A stretch of 64,000 bases of DNA from Azolla caroliniana. Taxonomy: Eukaryota > Plantae > Polypodiophyta. Below, piece after piece: positions 48,088-60,959 of this stretch. The stretch covers positions 4,836,001 to 4,900,000 of the forward strand of contig JBHGNT010000001.1 of NCBI GenBank assembly GCA_043228905.1. Reading direction: 5' to 3'. Each line of letters starts with the position of its first letter. Position 1 is the stretch's first letter. The translations under genes were made by a program, and so were the position numbers. The notes below the pieces were generated by a model that saw only the letters and a list, made by a program, of their open reading frames with translations, made no database searches and was not told where the DNA came from.

Positions 48088-49995
48088 ATGTTGTTCAAAG
48101 AGTTAAGTCTACTACAGAGACAGAAACAGAGACAGGTGCCACACCAACGCGAGCTCAGCCATAGTGCAGTCCAACCAGGTAAGCTTGTTCAGATTCCTCA
48201 AACTCACCAGCTAAGTCCCGAAACTCCTAATAAGTCCTTGGCGGCAAAACCAAATAGCAGCCCCTGTCGTCCAAAGGAAAAGGGATTACATGGCGTCGAT
48301 TTTCTCCAAGGCACTGACGTTTTTGTGCAGAGGAGAAGCGATGTCCAAAGCATATCCACCAGTTTCTCCACATTTTGCTCCCTCCTCAAGCAATGTGGTG
48401 CCTCGCAGGCTCTTTTGGACGGTCGATGTGTGCATGGGCATGCAATCCGATACAATTTCGAGAGGGGCACTTTCATGGGGAACCGCCTCATCCGGATGTA
48501 TGCCCTCTGTGGTTCTTTGGCCGATGCTCTTGCAACTTTTCGCGCCCTCCCCCACCGCAATGTATTTTCGTGGAACTTCATCATCTCTGGATGCACACAG
48601 CATCATCGTGCTCGAGAAAGTCTCGAGCTTTTCTACCGTATGCTGAATGAGGGTTTGATCCACCCGGATAAATTCACGTTTGCTAATGTCCTTGCGGCGA
48701 CGTCAACCCTTGAATGTTTTCACGAGGGCAAGAATATCCATATCGCAACGACCGATGCAGGGCTGGAGTCGGATGTCTTCGTCATGTCTGCATTGGTGAA
48801 CATGTATGGAAAATGTGGTAGCCTCGCCGATGCCCGGCGATTGTTTGATACACTATCCTGTAAGGATGGGGTTGTATGGAATGCCATGATTGCAGCATAT
48901 GCCTCCCACGGGCATGGAATGGAGGCTCTCACTTTGTATTACCAGATGCGAGGTCATGATGTTAAATGTGAAAAGGTGAGCTCTCTGAATGCCTTGGGTG
49001 CGTGTTCGGGTTTGGCAATCTTAGCATGCGGTATGCTGGTACATGCTCACATAATAATGGAAAAAGGTCTAGAGGCAGAGCTTTCTGTTTCGACCTCAAT
49101 TGTGGGCATGTACAGTGATTGTCGAAGCCTAGAAGATGCTCAAAGCGTGTTCATGAGGATGCCACAGCATGATTTAGTTTCTTGGAGTGCGATGATATGC
49201 GTGAATACACAGCATGGAGAGGACATGAATGCATTGAGATTCTTCTCTGAGATGCATATGGAAGGATTAAAACCAGATAAGGTCTTGTTCATATCAATAT
49301 TTGGTGCATGTGCCAACTTGTCAGCTTTAACACATGGGCGGCTCATCCACACAAATGCCATCGAATGCAGAGTGGAAACTGATGTGGCCATAGGGAATGC
49401 CCTTATCAATATGTATGGTAAGTGCGGCTGCCTTGCAGATAGTAAGAAAGTATTTGATGCCATGCCTTTACATAATGTGATTTCATGGACAGCCGTGATT
49501 GAGGTAGAAGCATATTTGGGCTGTCCTGTTGCAGCTCTTGAGCTTGTGTCAAGAATGCAAGAGAAAGACGTGGAGCCGAATGATGTGAGTTTTGTCAATG
49601 TTCTATCTGCATGTAGCCATGCGGGCATGGTAAATGAAGCATGCTACTACTTCAAGACTATGATCGAGGATTATTGTATAGAAACCACCATCGAGCACTA
49701 TTCAGCCATGATCGATCTTTTTGGAAGGGCTGGAAGGTTAGAGGAAGCAGAGGGTATTATAAACAGAATGTCAATTCCACCGAATGCTATAATCTGGGAG
49801 TCACTTCTAAGCTCATGCCGAGTTCATGGAGATGTGGATCGAGGAAAACGGGCTGCAGAATGGGCAATTAAGTTGGATTCACGGATCGATTCCCCATACA
49901 TACTCCTTTCCAACATATATTCTTCGGAAGACAGGCAAAATGACGCAGAAAACATTTGGAAACTAATGTTTGAAAGAGGGCTGACAGATAATTAG
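48088..49995 (+). CDS. PLS-class pentatricopeptide repeat protein, E subgroup (organellar RNA-editing factor type), single exon
   Basis: Repeated L.NMYGKCGSL.DA..F..M...(D/N)VVSW.A.I motifs, FV.VLSACSHAG.V.E and EHY.AMIDL.GRAGRLEEA. E domain W.SLLS.CRVHG...YILLSNIY present; no E+/DYW. First ATG is 48088 (48007 is GTG). Confidence 0.92.
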   Translation: MLFKELSLLQRQKQRQVPHQRELSHSAVQPGKLVQIPQTHQLSPETPNKSLAAKPNSSPCRPKEKGLHGVDFLQGTDVFVQRRSDVQSISTSFSTFCSLLKQCGASQALLDGRCVHGHAIRYNFERGTFMGNRLIRMYALCGSLADALATFRALPHRNVFSWNFIISGCTQHHRARESLELFYRMLNEGLIHPDKFTFANVLAATSTLECFHEGKNIHIATTDAGLESDVFVMSALVNMYGKCGSLADARRLFDTLSCKDGVVWNAMIAAYASHGHGMEALTLYYQMRGHDVKCEKVSSLNALGACSGLAILACGMLVHAHIIMEKGLEAELSVSTSIVGMYSDCRSLEDAQSVFMRMPQHDLVSWSAMICVNTQHGEDMNALRFFSEMHMEGLKPDKVLFISIFGACANLSALTHGRLIHTNAIECRVETDVAIGNALINMYGKCGCLADSKKVFDAMPLHNVISWTAVIEVEAYLGCPVAALELVSRMQEKDVEPNDVSFVNVLSACSHAGMVNEACYYFKTMIEDYCIETTIEHYSAMIDLFGRAGRLEEAEGIINRMSIPPNAIIWESLLSSCRVHGDVDRGKRAAEWAIKLDSRIDSPYILLSNIYSSEDRQNDAENIWKLMFERGLTDN

Positions 49996-51838
49996 AACGA
50001 TTTAGCTGCAATTTGATGCTGTGGCTGACCTCACAGATCATATCATTTTTATTCATCATCTACGAAGTAAAAAGTGCTAACATGAAAGCTGTTTTCACAG
50101 AACCAATTATTTGTTTGATCCTGGATACATGTCCATCTGAGGGTTGAGGGTTAACAACAACATTTGGTGGTTGTGGGATAAAATGGGATTTTGGTGAATA
50201 AAGGCAGGCAGCTATGTAATATGGATTCTAGGTGGTTCATCTCTTGCGGTCAAAGTTGATTTAGCTTTCAAGGGTAGGAAATTATTCTGTTTCATTTTAC
50301 TGAGGTGAAAAGCATGGATTTGGAACATGAGTGCCAGTGTCTGAAGAAACTCTTCCACTCATTCAGTGTTTTGGAAGTCATGTGTTTTTTTTCCTTTCCA
50401 ACAGACACATCTTATTATGCCACCCAAGAGGGAAATCCCAATGTATGCCTCAAAAATATTTCTACAGACGTTGACTTGAGAGAATTACTTACTCATGGTG
50501 TTCTAATCTGAGACTATTAGCTCTCCTTAAAAGTATATGAAGGAAGCATCAGAAAAATTGTTTTGACAACCAAATTCAGTTGAGGATGCATACAAATTAC
50601 TTGCGTCCTGAATTAAAAAATGATTCTAATGTTGTGCTAACAATATTTTTCCATTCCGGATGCCTTACTATGAGGTCACATATTGGCATCTTATTATTGA
50701 AAGATCCAAATACATCAATCAAAAAATTGAAGAAAAGTTGGCATCTATTCCCCAAATCCTTATTATTTCAAAAAAGTGCCTAAAACACTCCCAAACACCA
50801 AGCACCAAACCAAGTCAGAACATACATGCCCAAAAAAGTTCTCCAGTATGGTATATAGGCATTTTCAATTATGCACATTAAAACCTATTTATGCACCTAT
50901 TAAAATATATAAAGAGACAAACACCAAAATACCTTAAGTCCTTGTAGTACCAAAACATCTGTATCCATGGATATTTAAAAACCTACTGAAACACGAGAAC
51001 TCATGCACAAACTCATAAAATTCCCCCAGTAGCTAAAAATCTAGATGCAGTTCTTATCTTTGTGCACATCCATCCACCTTTCTCATGTTTAGACATAGTA
51101 GGAAATTCTGTTATAGGCCACCGACTGTGCCCTGTAAAATGGACCCAAGATTCCTAGAGCAAAAAGAAATAGGCCAAGTGTATAGAGGTGTAAATACATC
51201 ATAATCTACAAAAGCATTTCAACTTTAACACTTCATGTACTTGGAAACTGATCCTAAGAGAGAAACTATAAGTAACAGTTCTGTTTCTGGATTCTATTCT
51301 TCTGTTTCAAATGTTTGTATTCAATTACAACACCCCAAGAGTTAAATTATATAATTACTAGATCACAAGTTTCAGAAGCTACTCACAATGCAACTTGTGG
51401 AAAATGACAATCCATCTCTGATGAGCTTAACTAGAATTGGATAGTTTTTTTTATTTATAATTTCAGTTTTGAGGTTCATGATTGTAAAAAGACACTAGAT
51501 ATTCTGTGAGCAAGATAAGGTAGTGATAAACAACAATAAAAAATAGAATGCACTTTCAAATCATAACAAACTGTGGTATATTAAATGTGGGCCAAGCCAA
51601 CAAATTACATTGCTGTCTAAAGAGAGTTATCGTTCCAAGTCTCCCTCATGTCATAGAAAAGAGTCCATTTCACTAAGAATGGTATGGGTATTCATGATAG
51701 AGCTGTGATGTCACCCAGCATGTTGTGGCAATTTTGTTTGCCATCATTGTGAAGCCACAAAAAAAAACAAGTTAGCTACATTCCATGAAATACCTAACAT
51801 TGAAACTCTTTGAAAACAAGAAATTAGATATGACCTGC

Positions 51839-54800
51839 TTAGGGGGGTAGAGTTGGTCCTATGATCCCATTCTTCATTGATCTAGACCGTTTCTGCATAG
51901 ACACTTCAGATGAGTTTTCTAGATCAAGTAACGCTTGGGTTGCTTCTGCTCTCCATTCTGCCTGCCTCTGTGCTTCAGCTGTTGGTAAACCCAACTAAAA
52001 AGACAATAAACCCTGTGAGTTTATCTTCAAAGATCACCCAACTAAAAAGACAATAAACTCTGTGAGTTTTACCTTCAAAGGTCACCCAACTCTAACAGAG
52101 ATAGAAGAAGATAAGCTTTACCATGGTCAGAACTGTTTAGAAGCCTGAACAGAACTACTTTATACTATTTCTAAAGAACATTGCTTCCCATTCCCTCCCG
52201 TTCCAGGCATTCCACCATGTTGCCAAGGTCTCCCCATGCATTACCAGTCTCACTCACTATTGGCTGCCAATTACAATAATGTCAAACAAGCTAGACCATT
52301 CTTCAAAGTTGCTTCAACTTCAGCCATCAACTATGTGCTCATCCAACTCTATGAATTATATTCTAACTTATGCTTCTCATATCTGTATTTTTATCCATGC
52401 TGCCAAAACATGATACCACTTCAACATTAATATCAGAACTTTTTTCTGCCTAAATTGATGCATCATCTCTGCCTGTTGGTATCCATACTAACCGACACTA
52501 AATCATTTGACCATTTTGAACTTTTTCTCCCTTTGTTTAAAATGATGATCAATGTATTAATTGGAGCTATATTTTATCTCCTACGTAAACTCTCCGGACA
52601 AATAGCATTAGCCTTATATGGAATCATAGGCTGCCAGGAACAATATTGAGAATGTGCAAAGCATGCCACTTCAGGATCAAGCCTATTAACTTCATAGAAA
52701 ATGATGCTGGAAGTCCTATTGACTTCATAGATTTGTGGTTCATACAGCTTGAAGTCCTAAAGACTGAATCTGTAGGTAAAGTGAAGGATGTGGGTGTTGC
52801 CAATCCAAGCCTGCAGCTCTCACAGAAAACGCGACACATGGAAATGATTTTAAGACATGCGAGGCAAATGCACTGCTAGAGCTATAAGCTGCCAACTGAG
52901 GTTATGTGAAAATCTCCTCCTCCAATATTCCCATTCATAAAAAATCCAACAGTTTATACACATCCATTCCATGGAAGTGGAGGTATCATGTTGAACTTGA
53001 GGTAAACCATCGTTTTAAGTGCTTCTATCAGCAAACAACCCCTAAAAAGTAAAAGCATAACCAGCATTGCATCTTTCTCCATCTCAAGCGAGAAATCTCT
53101 CACTCCAAGAGTCATCTATTGAGACAACTACTTTCTCTTAGGAGCAATTTTTTTATCTAGACATAATGGGCAAGCAATGTGTCGTTTCCTCTCCCAATGA
53201 GCATGAAGTATAAATAAGAAATCCGTCATTTTATTATGTGGATTCCTATCAATCTTCTTCAAATTTATGGTAGATACTGATATTTACGTATCATTAGGTA
53301 TTTGAGTTTAACGATATAGTGTGGTATTTACATATCATTAGGCATATAAATTTAACGATAAAATCTCAATTCCATACCGCTACTCGAAAAGCATCCATTC
53401 GAGCATGTTCACGTTCTTCCAAAGATGCTAGTTTCTTTCCTGCAGCAACAGTCTGTTCAAGTTTCTGGCAAAAGAAGAACAAATTCAAATTTCACAGCTC
53501 TAATTCAATTAATGCTGACAAATCATTCTCATAATCATAAAACAAAAAGAACTGTCAATTCCTCTTAAGAGTATGATGGCTTGATAGGCAACAAAGCAAG
53601 TCAAAAGAATGCCACAATAACATACAGTTCACTAGCATTAGAGCTAAATACAAGAATTTGCCATCTACTAAATTATTCAATACATATAGTAGAAACTTAA
53701 TCAAATTTAGGCAAAATGAAAACTCTACCCATTTATTTGCTTCTTTTAGATCATGAAAAGAGATTCACATTCCTTTATGGATGGGCATGAAAATCAAGTA
53801 GCATACATGAAAATCAAGTAAAAAATATGCCACAATTTGCTTAACTCAACTAAGCAAAGGTTCCTCCCATAATTTACCTTTTTCTCAGTTCGAAGCTTCT
53901 TTTTGGCTCTGTAAACAAAGACATCTCTCTGTCTCCCTCTCTGTCTCCCTCTGTCTCTCCCTCTCTCTGGTTAAAACACACGATAATATTAACAAAATGT
54001 GTGTGAAAATTCTACAATGGTACAACTGTGGTGGTCACCGCTACATGGGTATTGGGGCATGCTGAATCTCTGATAGGCAAGACGAACATAATGGAAAGAA
54101 TTTTCCCTTGCACCAATAAACAAAACTGCTACATCAATATTTCCTTCAACTTCTGTAGATATGTTCTAACTCCATGTCTACCATCAAAAACAAAAGGAAA
54201 ATGATCTCCATCTCTGATCCTGCGTCGAACTGTGTGATTCCTGCAATCACTCACTGTCTTGGTGTTAATAACAACTTGAAAAAACTTGCCAAGTCTGAGA
54301 AATGTAACCCAAAATCTGATGAGTCATCAGACATTGTATGAAACGATGCATACTCTTCCACTTGAAGAGTGCAAAAGAAGAAATGCATGTTGCTAATCCA
54401 ACTCTCCCTCTCGCTCTCTCTATCTCTCTGTCTCTGTTCTCAGATAGGTTGCTAATATCATTTCATGAACTTCTCGGAGGATGGATTCATACCATAGAGT
54501 GCTTGCAAAGCAATACGCCAACTCAGTTTCCCCCCACCAATTAAAAATTGACACAGGGTGAGCACTTTGTAAAACTAGAGCTGCAAGATTTCGCAAATTA
54601 TGTGAAGACTATTCCCAGCTTACACTGTCTATGCAGACTCCACCATTTGACAAATGATGGAGACAGCTGATCCATGACACTTTGCTTGGTCAAGCTTCAA
54701 TTGAAGTGGTTCACAATTTCAAATACCTTGGCAAGTGGCACACCAAGCCAACACATGAGGAGCAGGTGTCTAAGTAGGGAGGTGGAAGCTGACACAGCCC

Positions 54801-57250
54801 AATCCTATGAATTTGAAAACGTGTGCATTTAAGCACAGCTCCTAGATGGAAATTAGAGCAATGGTATTCAATGTATGAGTGGAGCAAACTCTTCTCTGTG
54901 GAACGAGAGGTTTACGAAGTAGCATTTCAGCAAGGACATGCAAGGAATGAAACAGCGGAAATACAATATGGATCTCATCACTGTGCTAAGTTGGACTTAT
55001 AACCATTAACTAGATTTAGGAGCTGCTATACCTTGTCATCTCTCTACCACAAGACCATATAAACATCTCCGTTTCTATTGCTATCATTCTTGTACTGCTG
55101 TTTGTTTTTTTGTGTCCATTCCTATTAGTGGATGAAAATACACTTTTGTACATTGATTCTTGTTTCACCATCACAACTCAAAAGGACCCATTTAAATAGC
55201 AGGTACACTCTTCCTTTAACAGTGCATGCAACTATGGTCTAGCCCAAGAAATCAAAGAAACGTTTCTCGTACAACAGCACGGTTGCCTGCTCATAGAACA
55301 GCTTGTACATATCTAATATCCAGATCAACATTAATGTCATCTTCAACATCAAACTCTCCGGCAGTAAAAATCATTCAACAAAGTATTAACAAAATTGTGT
55401 CACATGTTCCCAATTAGGGACATCCTGTGGCTTCTGCATATATTTTTTCATATAATGCATCTTATCTTGTATGCCAACTGCATTGGTGTGCTTCAAATCC
55501 AAAAAATGATCATGAAAAACCTTCAACGTGTCATAAAACTCCATGGAACCCCAAAATTAAGACAAAAGATAGTGATGCAATCAAAATTTCTAGAAACAAG
55601 TTGAAGATTAGAAACATGGAAGACCTCCAATCAACAGTGCCATAGAGCTCAAGCATCTTCGCTTGTTCTTCCCTGGCTCTCTGAAGCTCTCCACTTGCCA
55701 ACCTAGCCTGTCAGAAAAACATGGTTGGATTTTTAATCTGGGAGTTAAACACATCAAGCACGCATGCTGGGGTACAGGCTTTACAAAGGACATTCTCAAA
55801 GCGATAGGCCTAATAATTCCTTGAGTTTAGGAGGACATGTTAAAAATGAGATTCTCAGGAAACATTTCTTTTTCTTATGATAATTGCAAAAGATTTTCCT
55901 TGAAGATATTAGATAAGAAAACTTCTCTTTTGTCTTATGATAATTATAAAAAAGAATTCAAGATATTAGATAAGAAAACTTCTCTTTTTTCTTATGACGA
56001 TTATAAAATATTTTCCTTCAAGATATTAGAAGAGACAGACATACCTTCGCTATCTCTGCATTGTGGCGTATCATAGCTTTCTGCTGCTCCTGAACACTTA
56101 ATGCAATCTGTGGATTTGAAAAATAGAAGCGACTCTCAATGAGCAAACAAACATTTGGGATGGAATTCAAAACAAACATCGATATCATATGAAACATAAA
56201 TTCCCACAACAAAGGGAAGTTGGACAGAAAGTCAGCACGCATTTCATACTTGTAAGGGGTTGTTAGTCGTAAGCTTTGAATTTGATTCTCTAGCATCCTC
56301 AGCCAAATTTTGGGATTTCTTCTTCTTAGGATAAGATATCCTGTCTGCCTCATCATGTTCATTTTCTTTTCTCCTTTTCTTTTGCTTTGACTTTTTCAAT
56401 GTCTCTTTAAACTGGTAATCACGTTTCTTTCTTTGCATCCTGTCCCTTCTGGAACTAGAAGAATGATCATCCTTCAGTCGCCTCTTCTTCGATCTTTTTA
56501 CAGACAAACAATTAATACACACAAGAAAAAAAGGCAACAGGTTCAAAAGTAAGAATATCTGAGAATAAACATGCAGTAGCAAGATAAGATTTTTTTTACT
56601 CTATCAGTTACCGTTTTAAGGAAATGTGTAGAGCGGTTACCAAGATAATGAAATGAAAAGGAATGAGTTTATAACTATTCATCGTTGATACCAAACACGC
56701 AATGAGTTAAGAATGAGCTTCAAGAAATAGGATGTATATACAACACTCATCCATGATTAGAAACAAAAGCAGAGAGAAGACATTCTCGACAGTGAGAGAG
56801 AGAGAGAGAGAGAGAATTTGGTGTGTTTGTGTTCGACCCCCTACATTACGCAGGTACATTTAGTAAAGCTGTGTGTGTGTGAATATACAATGAGATTCGG
56901 TCGCCCAGTGCATGGATAAGTAGAAACTCGGATTACCACTATGAAGAAAAAAGAGGAGGAGAGAAGGTAGACCTCTTGGAACCGGTGCTGCTACTTCTGA
57001 TCTTACGAGATTCTGACTTCTGATGGGGTTTGCGATGATGATGATGATGATGATGAAGTCTGCTGGTGCCACGAATGCTACCGTGTCCATCATCATGCGA
57101 GGAAGACGAGGAAGAAGAAGAAGAAGAAGAAGAGGAGCCTGACGTGGATGCAGACGAAGACGAAGAAGAAGATGATGAGGTGGAAGAAGCAGCAGCGTCG
57201 TCTTCGTCTTCGTCTTCGTCACTGCTGTGGCGGCGGCGGCGGCGGCCCAT
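51839..57250 (-). CDS. Uncharacterised Ser/Arg/Lys-rich coiled-coil protein, probably nuclear, 7 exons, ~313 aa
   Basis: Exons 57250-56973, 56493-56250, 56107-56045, 55707-55625, 53908-53878, 53464-53378, 51994-51839, all GT-AG and in phase. Reads MGRRRRRHSSDEDEDEDD..S-run..HHHHHHH...AEIAKARLASGEL..YGTVDWRAKKKLR..LEEREHARMDAFRVALGLP...IGPTLPP*. Confidence 0.8.
54470..55000 (+). mobile_element. Decayed RTE-like LINE reverse transcriptase fragment within an intron
   Basis: EVVHNFKYLG (~54703-54732), then SYEFENVC and MVFNV*VEQTLL.G, resembling the C-terminal RT region of RTE-type LINEs. Ends approximate. Confidence 0.5.
55865..56030. repeat. ~57-bp tandem repeat x3 in an intron
   Basis: TTCTTATGA.AATT..AAAA...TTCAAGATATTAGATAAGAAAACTTCTCTTT is repeated. 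Confidence 0.85.
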
Positions 57251-57256
57251 GGAACT

Positions 57257-57288
<32 letters not shown>

Positions 57289-58520
57289 CAGATTTCCTGT
57301 CTGATCGTGGTTTTCTTGGCTTTCAATCTTCTGTTTGTTTGTTTGATGGATGGGGACTGCCTCTGCCTCTGTGTGTCTGTGTGTGTGTGTCTCTCTCTCT
57401 CTCTCTTCTCTCTCTCTCTTTCTTCTGTGTTCCGCAAAACACAACGTACATACAATACAAATAGTACATACATATGTACAATATACATGCACACACTACA
57501 TACATTCAATACATACAATATGTACATATACATGTACAGTACTGTATACATACAATACTTACACATACCATATATGCATATGTGAAAGGAGAGAAGTGAT
57601 TCGTTTCTTTCTTGTCTCGTCCCTGAGTCCCTAAGTTTATCTCGATGCCATGAGATGGTGTCTCGTGCTACTACATCGCCACTCGTGCTTGCCCCACCCA
57701 AAGCTTTCGTGTGTTACATACACTAGAATTGCACCTGTGTAACGAACACTTTTTTACCTTAACGTTATTCGGCACGATCTGAGGAGGTGAGTCCCCCCTT
57801 CCACCCTTTGATTCACTCGCCTCACCTCGACGACCTACCTTCTCCTCCTGAAAGAACGACAACATTGGGCTCGGCCGAAAAGTATTTTACCAAACCATTC
57901 ACAAATCACTGGAATTTCATGATTGCGTCCTCCTAATAATCAATAGAAGGCGGCATATAATTATGTCTTCAATGCAACTACACTTTCTAGAAAAGGCATG
58001 CCATATGGAAGAGAGACAATTCCATATTTGGGGCACACAACGGTGATAAGGGTACGTTTGCATGTGTGCGAAGACAAAGTGTCCGTAACAAAGTAGTAAG
58101 TGGATGGGTAGGGAGACAACCATTACCGTACGCGAGAGTAGTTAGTTGATGATGAAAGAAACATGCATTCACGTGGATATAATGGAGTAGACTAAGCAGG
58201 AAGGTTCTACAGAAGGTTCCTTCAATTTCCCATCCCCCACCCCACCACACACACACACACACCAAAAAAATAAACAACCCACCCAAAGTCATGACTTGGG
58301 GGAAGAGGCAAGTTTTTGACTTGTTCCGATTCAAAAACATCACTCGCTATATGTATATACACATACACACACACACACTCACTCTCTCTCACACATAACA
58401 ATTAAGTAATTTCTTGCAACTAAACCACACACACAGAGAGACTGGCGAGGTTCTAAGAGGGGGAGCAGCAGAGACATAAACCAGAGAAATATAGTGATCG
58501 AGAGAAAGAGAGAGACAAGC

Positions 58521-59800
58521 ATGGTTGGCATCTCGTTCTCGCTGCCTCCCGAGTTCGGCTACGTCGTCCTCACTGCAGCGGCGAGCACACTCCTCACCCA
58601 GTGGCAAGCTATCCAGGTAAAAGAAAAAGAAAGGGTAACCTTAGCCCCCTTCCCTTGTATGTAAATTGTTTGGAGGGAGGATTGATAGAAATAATACCCC
58701 CCGTGCCCAAATTAGCAGACTCAGATCCTTACTTATGTACTGCATAGAGTTGGTTGGTGCATAGGTATGTAAGGGCTTCTAGGCTCTAGGCTTACACAGA
58801 TATGAGAATCAGATAACATATTTGTGTATGTATGCATGTATGTATGTATGCTTGTATACATGTGTGTATTTATTTGCATGTGTGGTATTTATATGTATGT
58901 ATATGCATATGTGGTATTTATATGTATGTATGCATGTGCGTGCGTCTATGAATGTGTGTGTGCGTGTGTGTGAGTGCCTCTGTTCATGCAAAGCACCAAC
59001 CACTGTTAAGGCCACTCCTGTGACTCTGTCACCCATCTGCTCTGAGTACACGTAAAATTTCATGAGGATTTAGGAATCATGAATGAAATTCTCACAAGCC
59101 ATAGATACTGGAGGCGTTTTAAGAATGTCACGATGTTTCAATCTTAAGGAAATGATATTACATTTCCTGAAATTGTGTTATGCAGGTTGGAAGGCAGAGG
59201 AAGAAATGTGGCCTCAAGTACCCCAAGGTATGTGCACTCTAGAGAGTTCTTGTCCACTCGGCCACATACAAATGCAGGATGTCCTGCACGGCATAATTGT
59301 TATTGTTGATATTCTAAAAAACTGCATCTTCTGCAGATGTATGAAGACAAAGATGATTCTATTTTCAACTGCTACCAACGTGCCCATCAGAACACTCTTG
59401 AATCCTACCCTGCATTCTTGATTCTACTTCTCTTAGGAGGCATAGGTTACCCCTTAATTGTATCAATGTAAGTCTTGCTATTATGACCATGTCAGCTGAT
59501 AGTTGATGTATTTTGCATGCAATCATTGTGTCCATTATTTTTGTGATTTGCAGATTGGGGATGATTTGGATTGCAGGAAGGATCTTCTATTCCTTGGGGT
59601 TAGTTGTTACCCGCGTTAATTCTGTATTTCAAACTATTGCTTTGGTATCATTTCCTGATGTCATTAAATGGTGTTTCACATGTAGGTATTACACTGGAGA
59701 TCCAAGGAAAAGAATGAGAGGTGCGTGGGGCATGCTTGGTCTACTTGGTCTCCTCATAGCTACCGTTGTGTTTGGCATTCAATTAGCATTTTTTGCGTGA
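58521..59800 (+). CDS. MGST3: Microsomal glutathione S-transferase 3-like (MAPEG family), 5 exons
   Basis: Exons 58521-58616, 59186-59227, 59337-59467, 59554-59598, 59686-59800, in phase. Reads [62 protein letters not shown]. Confidence 0.93.
58825..58972. repeat. Degenerate (TATG)/(TG) microsatellite in MGST3 intron 1
   Basis: Directly visible in the sequence. Confidence 0.9.
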
Positions 59801-60247
59801 TTGTGACCGATATCCATCATTGTGGGATTCGGGCTTATCAATAAAGCATGTGCTGCTAATTCAATGTTCGTAACTTTGAGGATTTTCTATAATTATGTTT
59901 CAAACTATAAATCTTTGATAGGCTTGCAATCCTTTTCTAAATCAAGCTATGGATTAGAAATCCTTTAATAAGATATCTTTCTGGTAATTGAAAATCGATT
60001 GAATGCCGGACATAATGTTGTTGGGTTTGCGCTAGGGGTGTGAGAGTGAGTTGACAAATTTTATTATTAGGTTTTGAAAGAGAAATATGGTGGTAACATG
60101 TATTTTTAGGTGGTTATAATACTGAACATGGTATTGTATAGGTGTTGATCATTCTTTGACATGATGTTGTATGGGTGTTTTAAATTCTGGGCAATATCTT
60201 TGATGTACGCACGTGAAGGGATGTTTTTTGTAATGGTTTAAATGCCA

Positions 60248-60348
60248 GACATGGTGTTTAGATGAACAGTGTCTTTTTACATAGAAATACACTGTATGAC
60301 ATGGTGTTTAGATGGACAGTGTCTTTTTTTTATATAAAAATACACTGT
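60248..60348. repeat. ~50-bp direct repeat x2
   Basis: GACATGGTGTTTAGATG.ACAGTGTCTTTTT...AAATACACTGT occurs twice. Confidence 0.85.
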
Positions 60349-60959
60349 GTGATGTGTGCCTTTTGACATAGAAAATTACGTTATGCTGTACATCAGTGCT
60401 TTGTAGCATAGTCAACAATTTCTAGTTTGGTTAAAATTCTAGTCATAAGGTTGTATAGGCATACACATATCTTTTGATGAAGCAGTGTTCTATGTCGGAT
60501 ATTGATATGTTAGTGTTGATTTGATGCACCTATGATAGTGGCAAAATTACCTCTTGGAAAATCTATAGATTTGTAAGTTTCTGAACACCCTTGCACAACC
60601 TGAACCTACGATTATTGATGTGACAAGATGAATGCCACAGTTAACATGATGCTAATAATTGCACATGCAATATGATATTGTTCAATTTATTCATTTGCAT
60701 GGACACTTATATTCATCCTAGAAAAATATTCATGCCTTTTGATCATAGTATGAAGAAAGATGTTTATGAAAATGGTTGTTTAACTTTTCATGTGCAAGTG
60801 TAAGCATGCATTATAGCTTAGACCAACTATCAATATTAGCAATTCAGATATCTTGAGGTTGGTTGTCATGCCATTCAGTTCAGCCCATTCCAAAGCTTAG
60901 TCAAATAGAGAGCATGCAAGATAGTGGATTTAACATAGCAAAAATCCTTCAAGATTTAA

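Noticed and set aside
52200-53100. Possible LINE endonuclease remnant in an intron
   Set aside because: Only vague motif resemblance, too degenerate to call without a search.
56860-57701. Multiple ORFs of 90-210 aa around the first exon of the uncharacterised gene
   Set aside because: Derived from trinucleotide and dinucleotide repeats; only the frame from ATG 57250 splices in phase to the downstream exons.
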